DNA of 64,000 bases, from positions 2,560,001 to 2,624,000 of the forward strand of contig OY969696.1 in the NCBI GenBank assembly GCA_963702005.1, read 5' to 3'. Shown here piece by piece: positions 47,279 to 55,388 of the stretch (position 1 is the first letter of the stretch; each line of letters opens with the position of its first letter). The DNA is from Candidatus Aminicenantes bacterium (GTDB lineage Bacteria > Acidobacteriota > Aminicenantia > Aminicenantales > JAFGBC01). Position numbers and translations under genes: made by a program. The notes under the pieces are model-generated. The model worked only from the letters and a program-made list of their open reading frames with translations. It did not search any database and was not told where the DNA came from.

Positions 47279-48642
47279 GGCTTAAACCTCCTGAAATAGG
47301 GGTTAACTGCTTTTGCCGGGATATCGACCCTATCTTGTCCCACGAGGTCCTGGACTGTCAAGGGCAGGCGGTTGAAGATGCCGACCTCCCGGCCCCTTTT
47401 CCAAAAGGCGTCCTCGATGACCGCGTATTCGACGGGAAAAACGAGGCGGTGGGTTTCAGCGAACCCCATAAAGGCGACGTCGATCATCAGCGCGACATTC
47501 CGTCCGAGCGGCTCGTCCGTATAGGGCGTGACCGCTCCGTATCCTTCCTGGCACTCCGAACAGCCCGTGTTGTGGATGAAGGTGTATGGTTCGCGGGGGG
47601 AAATGCGGCGGCCCAGCCGGTCTCTGAGCTTGGTGCGGGCGATGAAAGCCTTCCCGGCCCTGTCGATCGACGAGGAGGGCCGCCCGCGACGGGCGGCCTC
47701 CCGGGTCGCCTTGATGACGACATGATAGAGGCCCTCGAGCGCACGCAGGAAAGCCTTCTCGTCCGGTGTCCAGCCGGCCCCGACCTTTACGGTCCGGCGC
47801 ATGATTCCGTGATAGCCGTTGAAGGTGGGACTGATCCCGAGCGAGACGAACTCCCCTTTCCGGATGACCCGATTCGTGGCCGGGCCCAGCACGGTCCGGC
47901 CCCGCGTCCCGGAGGATACGATCGTCGGGAATCCGGTCCGGCCCGCCCCGAGCATCTTCATGATGGCGTCGCCGACGCCCGCGACGTCCAATTCGCGGAC
48001 TCCGGGCCGCAGCACGGCGAGCATGCCCAGGAAAGCCGCGTCCGCGATCGCGTTCGCGGCGGCGCACAGGGCAAGCTCTCGGGGGCTCTTTTCGTATTTG
48101 AGCAAGCGCAGCAGGCGGGGGGCGAAAACAACGTTATCCGAACCGAAGCGGCCCTGGAAGAGGGCCAGATGGTCATGGGGAAGAAACTGACCGCTCGAGA
48201 GGATCGCGATCCGCACGGCCCCTCCGGAGCGGGGAGGGACGAGACGGGCCATGAGCGCGTCGAGGCTCCCGAATTGAGCGTGGCGGTAGTCCTCATCCGA
48301 GATCTGGAACTCGCGGAGGAGGAAGACCTCGACGCCTGAAGCCTTGACGCAGTCTTCGAGGACGTGGCCGCCCTCAGAGCCGGCGACAACGATGGGACTG
48401 CCCTCGACCGGGACGATGATCCCGTAGCGCTCGATGATCGGGTCGAAGACGCCGGCCAGCCAGGCGACGTCCGACCGGTCGAGCTCGCTGCCGCAGGCGT
48501 AGGCCGCGTCAAAACCTTCGGCCTTGAGGACGGCCTGCAGGCGCTTCCAGCGCTCTTTGTACTCGGCTTTGGAAATGGCCAAGGAGCGATCGATGCGGTC
48601 CCCGTGGACGCGGATGATGTTTTCGATGAGTGTGGTCTTCAT
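47275..48642 (-). CDS. M24 (pita-bread) fold hydrolase lacking most metal ligands
   Basis: EY.ER...LQ, KS..EL, PG.RE, FPTIVSSG, GYHG...RT, IED. Confidence 0.75.
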   Translation of the reverse strand: MKTTLIENIIRVHGDRIDRSLAISKAEYKERWKRLQAVLKAEGFDAAYACGSELDRSDVAWLAGVFDPIIERYGIIVPVEGSPIVVAGSEGGHVLEDCVKASGVEVFLLREFQISDEDYRHAQFGSLDALMARLVPPRSGGAVRIAILSSGQFLPHDHLALFQGRFGSDNVVFAPRLLRLLKYEKSPRELALCAAANAIADAAFLGMLAVLRPGVRELDVAGVGDAIMKMLGAGRTGFPTIVSSGTRGRTVLGPATNRVIRKGEFVSLGISPTFNGYHGIMRRTVKVGAGWTPDEKAFLRALEGLYHVVIKATREAARRGRPSSSIDRAGKAFIARTKLRDRLGRRISPREPYTFIHNTGCSECQEGYGAVTPYTDEPLGRNVALMIDVAFMGFAETHRLVFPVEYAVIEDAFWKRGREVGIFNRLPLTVQDLVGQDRVDIPAKAVNPYFRRFKP

Positions 48643-50378
48643 TTTTTCTTTTTGCCTCCGATCGTGCCCTCGACGCCCTCCTCGAAGGACTCGGTCAGGT
48701 GGGGCGCCAGCCAGCCCTCGGGGCTCTCGGGATAAGTCTCGATATAATCCCGGACGGCCAGGGGGTTCTTGAGCGTTTCGAAGGTGGCGTCCAACATGCT
48801 AGAAAATCCCTGACCCTTGGGAAAGGCGAAGGCCATCCAGGCGACCCGGTCGGCGTAGATGCTGCCGGCCTTGATGGGCAGCATCCTGGTCTGGTTGTTC
48901 GAGCCGAAGGAATAGACGAAGGCCCTCGCCATATAATACCAGGGGCCGTGCTGGATATAGATGAACGGTTGTTGCTGCGAGGCGGGCCCGGCCTGGATGT
49001 TGGCGAGCGTGCAGTCGAGGAACAGGCTCGCGAACCCGATGCCCTTGGCCTCGTCATAGAAGGCAACCCAGGGCGTGTCGGGCCTGATGACGGCGGCGTG
49101 GTCGGGGTGCATCCGCGAGGCGGCGAAATCGATGACTTTGACGGGACCGGGGAGCGTTTTATATGCAGCCTTGCTGAAGACGTCCTTATTGAAGACGATC
49201 TCGGCGTTGCGGAGGGCCTTCCCGAAGAAGTCCTTGCGGATCTCGGTTACGGTCTCGGCCACGACATAGGGCAAACCCGCATAGAAATAATAGGTAACTG
49301 CAACGTCAACGCCCTCAGGGAAGGGAAGGGGCTTGGCCCGGCGCAGGGAATAAAAGACCGGGCCGGAAACTTCGCTGAAGGGCGGATGGTCCCAGTCCGA
49401 AGCATGATACCAAGCGTGAGGGGGAGCATAGAGGTCGGGATTCCAGTGGACGGCTCCGTTCGTTTCGAGCTTGTGCTCGAGACGAATACCGCTCGCTTTC
49501 TCGTGGATTTCATGGATGGCCCCGCTCTTTTCCTGGAGGACGATCTTGTAGAAGGAGTTCTCGATCGTCTTGCCCAACCCCTGGCCGGAGACGGACAGGT
49601 CGCTTATGTAGGAAAGCTTGGGCGGGGATGGATTGTTGTAAAAAACGAGATAGGTCGCTTTTTCATACGCTTTGAGGTCGACCGGAAAGGCGACGCTGAA
49701 GGTCGTCGTCGGATGATAATGAATGATGGGCAGGCCGGTTTTTTCGTCTTTCTCCACGGCCGAGAGGAGCTTCTCGTCCGCCCAACGCTCAACATCATAG
49801 ACTTGAGAAGGGACTTCGCTGTAGACGACGTCGGAGCCCGCCGGTTCGGCCAGGACGACGCGGATCTCTTCGGGAGATCCGAACGTCCGGCTCAGGACTC
49901 CCGCGGTGGCATGGACCGGGAAATTCGTCCGGGCGATCCCGTTCTCCTCGGCGACGACCAACGCCAAATAGTTCTTCCAGGTCGGGTCCCAGTAGCCCTT
50001 GCCGTCCGGCGCCTGCAGGCTTTGACGGAGGACTCTCGGTTTTCCGGATCGGGCCTCGGCGAGCCGGAGCTCGAGCGCGTAGGCTTTGCGGCCCTGCCAA
50101 GGCCAGCGAACCTTGATGTCAAAGGGCCGCTCGCCGTTGACAACGGCGGCGGGGAGCTCGCGGCCGTCCTGGAACAGGAGGAGATCGCGGCTTCTGGTCC
50201 CGTTGACGAGGACGGACGTAACCTTCCAATCCGAGCCGCGGAAGTCGGACCCGGGCTGGAACGAGGTCCGGATGAAATACCACGGCTCTCCGCCTTGAGG
50301 ATAGCCGAACTCGGCGGCTCCCAAGTCGAGAGCCGAGCTCAGCGCCAGTAAAACGATGAGGACGCGGGCAGTCTTCAT
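48639..50378 (-). CDS. Secreted hypothetical protein
   Basis: Signal peptide; RBS GGGAGG; GLGKTIENS, GAVHWNPD. Confidence 0.75.
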   Translation of the reverse strand: MKTARVLIVLLALSSALDLGAAEFGYPQGGEPWYFIRTSFQPGSDFRGSDWKVTSVLVNGTRSRDLLLFQDGRELPAAVVNGERPFDIKVRWPWQGRKAYALELRLAEARSGKPRVLRQSLQAPDGKGYWDPTWKNYLALVVAEENGIARTNFPVHATAGVLSRTFGSPEEIRVVLAEPAGSDVVYSEVPSQVYDVERWADEKLLSAVEKDEKTGLPIIHYHPTTTFSVAFPVDLKAYEKATYLVFYNNPSPPKLSYISDLSVSGQGLGKTIENSFYKIVLQEKSGAIHEIHEKASGIRLEHKLETNGAVHWNPDLYAPPHAWYHASDWDHPPFSEVSGPVFYSLRRAKPLPFPEGVDVAVTYYFYAGLPYVVAETVTEIRKDFFGKALRNAEIVFNKDVFSKAAYKTLPGPVKVIDFAASRMHPDHAAVIRPDTPWVAFYDEAKGIGFASLFLDCTLANIQAGPASQQQPFIYIQHGPWYYMARAFVYSFGSNNQTRMLPIKAGSIYADRVAWMAFAFPKGQGFSSMLDATFETLKNPLAVRDYIETYPESPEGWLAPHLTESFEEGVEGTIGGKKKK

Positions 50379-50404
50379 GTGGCCTCCCTGTTTATAGGAC
50401 GAAG

Positions 50405-50566
50405 TTAAGATTTTCCAGAGGGTCGGACGCCAGCGTCGCGCTCGAGCTTCCGAAGGATGGCCTTGAGCTCGCCGAAGCCCTTGACGGCAATCATGACCGA
50501 AACGGCCGCGAAGCCGCCCACCCCCAGCGTGAGCAGGATCAGCCAGATTAACGGCCAGGACGTCAT
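50405..50566 (-). CDS. Small membrane protein coupled to the symporter
   Basis: ATGA overlap with the symporter stop; one hydrophobic helix; 53 aa. Confidence 0.65.
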   Translation of the reverse strand: MTSWPLIWLILLTLGVGGFAAVSVMIAVKGFGELKAILRKLERDAGVRPSGKS

Positions 50567-52047
50567 GCGGCTTCTCCCCTCGAGCCGTCGGGCTTCAAGA
50601 TGTTCTGGGCGAGCGACCCGATGATCATTCCGGCCAGGGCCAAGGCGTAGCTCCAGATCCCAAGCCTGCTGACCGGAGGATGGCCGGGCAGGAAAAAGAG
50701 GACGGTCGGCACCGCTCCCAGAATGAAGGCCAGGGCGGCGCCCCAAGTCCGGCCTCTAAAAAGACCGAACCGGGCATCGTGAATATAGATGCCGAAAACG
50801 GCCGAAACGAGCGTTCCGGCCAGGAAGAGGTTGACGGCCAACATGAGGTAGAAAAAGAGCAGCTCCTCGGATTTGAAGATGAACGACCACCAGATAATGA
50901 ACAGGATGACGAAAGCCATCGTGCCTCGATTGACGGCCAATCGGCGGCGGTCATTCAGCCGCCGTCCCGTCAGCCTTTCATAAGCGACGCCGATGAGGTC
51001 CTGGGAGATGACCGAGCTCCAGGACAGAAGGTAGCTGGAGTAGGTGGACATGGAGGCGGCCAGCATGGCGGCCAGCATCAGGCCGAGGATTCCCTTCGGG
51101 GTCAGCCGGACGATCATCAGCGGCAGGGCCTGGAGGGGATCATCCGGCTTGACCGCCAGACAGCTCAGCGCCAGAACGCCCCAGAATACGGGGATGAAGG
51201 CCCGGGCCAGGAACATAATGCTCGACCAGGTGAAGATCCGCGTCCCGGTCCGGCTGTCCTTGGCCGAGAAGATTCTCATCGTGATGTAGGGAGCGATCGT
51301 CAGGACCGACAGCTGGAACAGGAGCTGCCAGAAAAAGAAGGTCCATCCGAAGGCGCTCCCGGCGGCGAAGGGATTGAAGCCCTTGACGCCGAACGTCCCT
51401 TCCACCGTCGAAACGATCCGCGGCCAACCCACCTTGAAGAATCCGAACACGGTCAGAAAGACCATGCCCAGGCTGAGGAGGATGTATTGGATGTAATTCG
51501 TGAAAATAACCGAGACCATGCCTCCCAGGGCGGTGTAGAGAAGGACGACGCCGAGGAGGCCGATCATGGTCCACAGGATGGTGTCTTGGGGAAGGCCGGT
51601 CACGGTGTTGATGAACTTGGCTTCCACCCCCGGGAAGACGCCGAAATTGATGATGCCGCCCGCGGCCATCAGGAAACCGGCCAGGAAGCGGACGCCCCGT
51701 CCGAACTTGCGCTCGAACAGCTCGGGCAGAGTCATGATGCGCAGCTCGAGCAGGGGCTTGATGATGAAACCGGTCCGTCCCAAAAACAGGAACACCAGGA
51801 AGAACGGGATGCCGATCATCAGGGCGGCCAGCCCATTCTTATAGCCGGCTTCGGCTAAGTACATATACGTGATGATGCCGATTTCGGAGGAGACCAGGGA
51901 GGCCAGGCCGAGGTTGAGGCCCATCGAGCGCTCGGCGACCAGGAAGCCGGAAAGGTCCTTGATGTATTTCTTGACGAAGGTCCCCGAGTAAATCGTCAGC
52001 GCCAGGTAGATGGCGATGATGGCGACGTCGACGGCGCTTAGGTTCAT
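50563..52047 (-). CDS. Sodium:solute symporter (SSS) family
   Basis: D.AIIAIY, FLVAERS, TLPE..E..FG, YTALGGM.SV..T, AA.LAA.MST. Confidence 0.9.
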   Translation of the reverse strand: MNLSAVDVAIIAIYLALTIYSGTFVKKYIKDLSGFLVAERSMGLNLGLASLVSSEIGIITYMYLAEAGYKNGLAALMIGIPFFLVFLFLGRTGFIIKPLLELRIMTLPELFERKFGRGVRFLAGFLMAAGGIINFGVFPGVEAKFINTVTGLPQDTILWTMIGLLGVVLLYTALGGMVSVIFTNYIQYILLSLGMVFLTVFGFFKVGWPRIVSTVEGTFGVKGFNPFAAGSAFGWTFFFWQLLFQLSVLTIAPYITMRIFSAKDSRTGTRIFTWSSIMFLARAFIPVFWGVLALSCLAVKPDDPLQALPLMIVRLTPKGILGLMLAAMLAASMSTYSSYLLSWSSVISQDLIGVAYERLTGRRLNDRRRLAVNRGTMAFVILFIIWWSFIFKSEELLFFYLMLAVNLFLAGTLVSAVFGIYIHDARFGLFRGRTWGAALAFILGAVPTVLFFLPGHPPVSRLGIWSYALALAGMIIGSLAQNILKPDGSRGEAA

Positions 52048-52050
52048 GAA

Positions 52051-52269
52051 TTAATACTTCTGCCAGTCCGGCTTATGCTCGTAGACATACTTGTAATAAT
52101 CAGCTCCCTCTTCACGGTGCAGGCGAACCAGGATCCGGTAGAGCTCATGGGGTGTCGTACCAGTCGGGAATCCGATGACGGCGTGGGGCTTCTCCCGTAT
52201 AACGCCGGCCACGATCCGGGCCGCGAGTTCGCTGGCCGCCTTGGCGTCGGGCTGTATGATGATCTCCAT
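52051..52269 (-). pseudogene. nagB: Glucosamine-6-phosphate deaminase with a large in-frame internal deletion
   Basis: NagB N-terminus (KP.AVIGFPTGTTP..LY..L...HREEG) joined directly to a NagB-type C-terminal tail (ADYYKYVYEHKPDWQ); 72 aa versus about 250-260 normally. Confidence 0.75.
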
Positions 52270-52295
52270 GGCTCCGACTCCTTTGTCCGGGAACC

Positions 52296-53153
52296 TCAGC
52301 GGGTCCGGAGATGGGCTTTGAGCTTGGCGGCGACGTCGGCCTTGAATTTCTCGATATGGTCGAGGACGAATCCGACGATGTCACGGGTCGGGTCCGCGAC
52401 GAGCGGAGTCAGGTCCATGGCGAACCAGAGCTCTTCGGACTCGTCCGTCCCTTGGGCCTGGAAATAGCTCGCGTTGGCCCTGCGCCTTCCCAGCGTCGCC
52501 AGGTCGTACCTCTTGCCGCCCGCGATCTGGGAATCATAGATGCCGACAAGGCCGGCGGCCAGGTGGTCGCGCCCGCTCACGTCCAAAGGAACCTTGTCAT
52601 TGTCGTCCAGCCAGTCCAGGCCACGCCAGACCTCGCATCCGTAGACGCGGGACGGCCCGCCGCCGGCCGGACGCGCCCGGAGCGCGGCCAAGACGGCCAG
52701 GACGATCGAGACGTGCGTTTCATGCTTATCGGCCGGGTTGTGGGTGTACACGACGGAAGGCCGGCACAGGGTTAGGATATGGCCCAGGTCGTCGGTCAGG
52801 GCCGGATTCCCAGGATCCTTGACGACGGCGCTGGCATGGTTGAGTTGGACCAGAACTCCGTACTCGCCGACCGTCGCGGCCTTCTCCTGCTCGATCCGTC
52901 TGAGCTTCGCCATGTCCTCGTCGCTATAGCCGGCGTAAGGTCCCGAACGCGGGCTCCCGCCGCCCGAAGTGCAGGTGACGGCGCCGAAGTGGCGGTCGGG
53001 CTTTCGGTAGCATTCCAGAATGCCGTGAAAGGCCATGATCTCCAGGTCGTCCTGATGGGCGCCTACGCCGAGATGGGAGATCCGTTTAAAGGCCGTTTCG
53101 ACGGGCGTTCCGTCCGGGACGAAAACGGACGCGAGGCGATTCGAGAATGTCAT
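52296..53153 (-). CDS. PIG-L/LmbE-family deacetylase
   Basis: GAHQDDLE, G.GSPR.G, R..EQ..AA, YTHN.ADKH.TH, GCEVWR. Confidence 0.83.
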   Translation of the reverse strand: MTFSNRLASVFVPDGTPVETAFKRISHLGVGAHQDDLEIMAFHGILECYRKPDRHFGAVTCTSGGGSPRSGPYAGYSDEDMAKLRRIEQEKAATVGEYGVLVQLNHASAVVKDPGNPALTDDLGHILTLCRPSVVYTHNPADKHETHVSIVLAVLAALRARPAGGGPSRVYGCEVWRGLDWLDDNDKVPLDVSGRDHLAAGLVGIYDSQIAGGKRYDLATLGRRRANASYFQAQGTDESEELWFAMDLTPLVADPTRDIVGFVLDHIEKFKADVAAKLKAHLRTR

Positions 53154-54580
53154 GGCTTCGATCCCTCCTTGGGCGCGAGCTGGGGGAGGCTGGCGGCCGC
53201 CATGGCTTGCCCGACCCGGCGGCTTTGTTCGTCGAGAAGATGAACGGCGATCCGTTCGGACAGGTCCGGGAATTCGGTCCGCAGCACTTCGGCGGCCTTG
53301 GCGACGATGAGATCGCCGCCGGCGCCGGACAGGACCCGGCCCAGGACGAGAAGATCCCCGAACTCGTAAAACAGCGCGTAGTAGGGGATCGCATAGCCCA
53401 AGTAGATTCCGAGCGTTTCAAAGATCTCCCGGGCTCGGGGGTGACCCGCTTCGGCCAGACGCTGGATCTCCTTCAGCCGATCGGGGAGCCGGACATCGGA
53501 CGAAAAAGAGAAACCGGCCGCCGGCGCGAGCTTGTTGACGGCTTGCTGGGAGAAATAAAGCGCCCCGACGCCCGTGTCTCCCGACCATTCGTCGGGGGGG
53601 GCGGCCGGGTTGATGTCGATAGGGACGAAGGCCAGCTCGTCCAGCCAGCCCGGGATGCCGCCCGAGCGATCGACGAAGCCGGCGGCCTGGCTGGAGCCCA
53701 TGGCGACGCCCAGCATGGCCGTCCGTTCCAGGGTCAGGGTTCCGGCCAGGGCCGTCACTTCGCCGTCGTTGATGACTTCGAGCGGAACGCCCCACGCTTT
53801 GCGCAGGTCGAGGAACATGGGTCGAACCCTCCGCTCGAAGATATCCTCGGGGACGCCGCGAAACAGAGACGCGATCCGGACTTGGTTGTCGATATAAACG
53901 CCGGCCGAGCTGCCTCCGATGGCATCGACGCGGGGAAGCCGGGCCGCCGCGTTTTTCAGGCCCTCCTGGATTCGGCCGTAGTGGTAGGAGGGGTCGGCTT
54001 GCTCCTGGGGCTGCCAGGGGATTTCTTGGCTGTAAACGGGATCGCCGTCGATGACCGAGGCGACCTTGAAATCGCTGGCCCCTAAGTCGAAGCCGATCCG
54101 GCAGCCGTCCCAGTGGCCGCCCAGGATCGAAGCGGTTTCCCGGGCCGAGGGGAATTCGCGCTCCCCGACCAAGCTGACTTCGAACGGCTTTTGGTAGATT
54201 CGACTCATGACCTTGGCGTCGAACGACCGGCGGCCTTGGGGGGAGTAGAGCCCTTTGAGGAATTCGCCCAAAGCGCGCGGCCCTTGCCAGGTGATCTTCC
54301 AGCCGCCCCTCGCCCAGAGAAGGAACTTAACGAGGCGTTCCGTCCAGAGCGAGGTCGCCGCGTCCGCCCGGCCGGCGGGAAGGAGCCGCGTCTCGAAGAC
54401 CGAGACAAGGCCGTTCTCCCTTTCCAGCCCGATCCGAACCGGGACCCCCCCTCCGGATTCGGCCAGCGCCCGCCGGTACCTAAGGAAGGCCAGGGACAGC
54501 GGCCGAAAGCCGGGATCGAGAGAGGAGGCGACGCGGGGACTCGCGTTCAGCAGTTCCGGCAGCGCGGCGTTGGGGCTCAT
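53150..54580 (-). CDS. ROK-family sugar kinase-like protein
   Basis: IGFDLGASD.K, GSSAG, VINDG.V.AL.G, G.AMGSS, ELAF. Confidence 0.83.
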   Translation of the reverse strand: MSPNAALPELLNASPRVASSLDPGFRPLSLAFLRYRRALAESGGGVPVRIGLERENGLVSVFETRLLPAGRADAATSLWTERLVKFLLWARGGWKITWQGPRALGEFLKGLYSPQGRRSFDAKVMSRIYQKPFEVSLVGEREFPSARETASILGGHWDGCRIGFDLGASDFKVASVIDGDPVYSQEIPWQPQEQADPSYHYGRIQEGLKNAAARLPRVDAIGGSSAGVYIDNQVRIASLFRGVPEDIFERRVRPMFLDLRKAWGVPLEVINDGEVTALAGTLTLERTAMLGVAMGSSQAAGFVDRSGGIPGWLDELAFVPIDINPAAPPDEWSGDTGVGALYFSQQAVNKLAPAAGFSFSSDVRLPDRLKEIQRLAEAGHPRAREIFETLGIYLGYAIPYYALFYEFGDLLVLGRVLSGAGGDLIVAKAAEVLRTEFPDLSERIAVHLLDEQSRRVGQAMAAASLPQLAPKEGSKP

Positions 54581-54727
54581 GGCACGGGTTTGCTATTATA
54601 GCACGGCATCTCCGATTTTTTAATCCTAAGGTTCGAGCGGGAAAGAGAATTTAGGGCCGGTGCTTTTGGGCGTTGCGCCAGAAGGCCTAAGCCGCAGGCG
54701 TCTGGGGTCAAACCTACACTTTGTCAC

Positions 54728-55342
54728 AAAGTAAAGATCCCCGCGGCAAGCCGCGGGGCATTAGGAGCGCAGCTTCAAGGCCAGCTGCGCAGGCCCTTGC
54801 TCCAGTTCTCGGTGACTGACGATGTACTTCGCGATCACATCCCTCGTCATCCGGTCTCCGACCGTCCTTGCGAAATATCCGTCCTCCCACACTTCCCCGC
54901 CCCACAGCTTCTTTTTCAAGCCCGCAAACTCGCGAAACAACCCCCTCCCACTCATGCTCTTTATGATCCTGACGACCTCCCCGATCGATCGCGATGGCGG
55001 AAATGATACTAGCAAATGAATATGATCTTCGGTAATTTCCATCTCGATGATTTCAATATCGTACGATTCGCAAATCTCTCCCACGATCTGTTTCGCTCGT
55101 TCCCGGACTTCCACCCGCTCGAAAATCTTCTTCCGGTACTTCGGACACCAGACCAGATGGTAGGACGTGTCGTAGACCGAATGACTCGTCCGTTTCAGCG
55201 TCACCCATATACTTTACCACACTCCCGAGCAAGGGCCTTTGTGGATAAGGGGGACTTTCCGGTCCCCCTTATCACCCCCTCGGCAAGGCATACATTCCAC
55301 CCCGTGGCAAGCCACGGGGCAGCCTGTAAAGCTTTCGTGCAA
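54728..55342 (-). mobile_element. IS200-family insertion sequence, copy 2
   Basis: 615 bp; four substitutions versus copy 1 spotted by eye. Confidence 0.92.
54761..55204 (-). CDS. tnpA: IS200/IS605 Y1 transposase
   Basis: Identical to copy 1 except one M/V change. Confidence 0.95.
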   Translation of the reverse strand: MTLKRTSHSVYDTSYHLVWCPKYRKKIFERVEVRERAKQIVGEICESYDIEIIEMEITEDHIHLLVSFPPSRSIGEVVRIIKSMSGRGLFREFAGLKKKLWGGEVWEDGYFARTVGDRMTRDVIAKYIVSHRELEQGPAQLALKLRS

Positions 55343-55388
55343 AAAGGAAATTTACACTAAGGGTAAAAGTGTAGGTTTGACCCCGATC

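Larger units (their letters stand above)
54704..55384. repeat. Perfect 19-bp inverted repeat (54704-54722 / 55366-55384) flanking IS200 copy 2
   Basis: GGGGTCAAACCTACACTTT ... AAAGTGTAGGTTTGACCCC. Confidence 0.85.
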
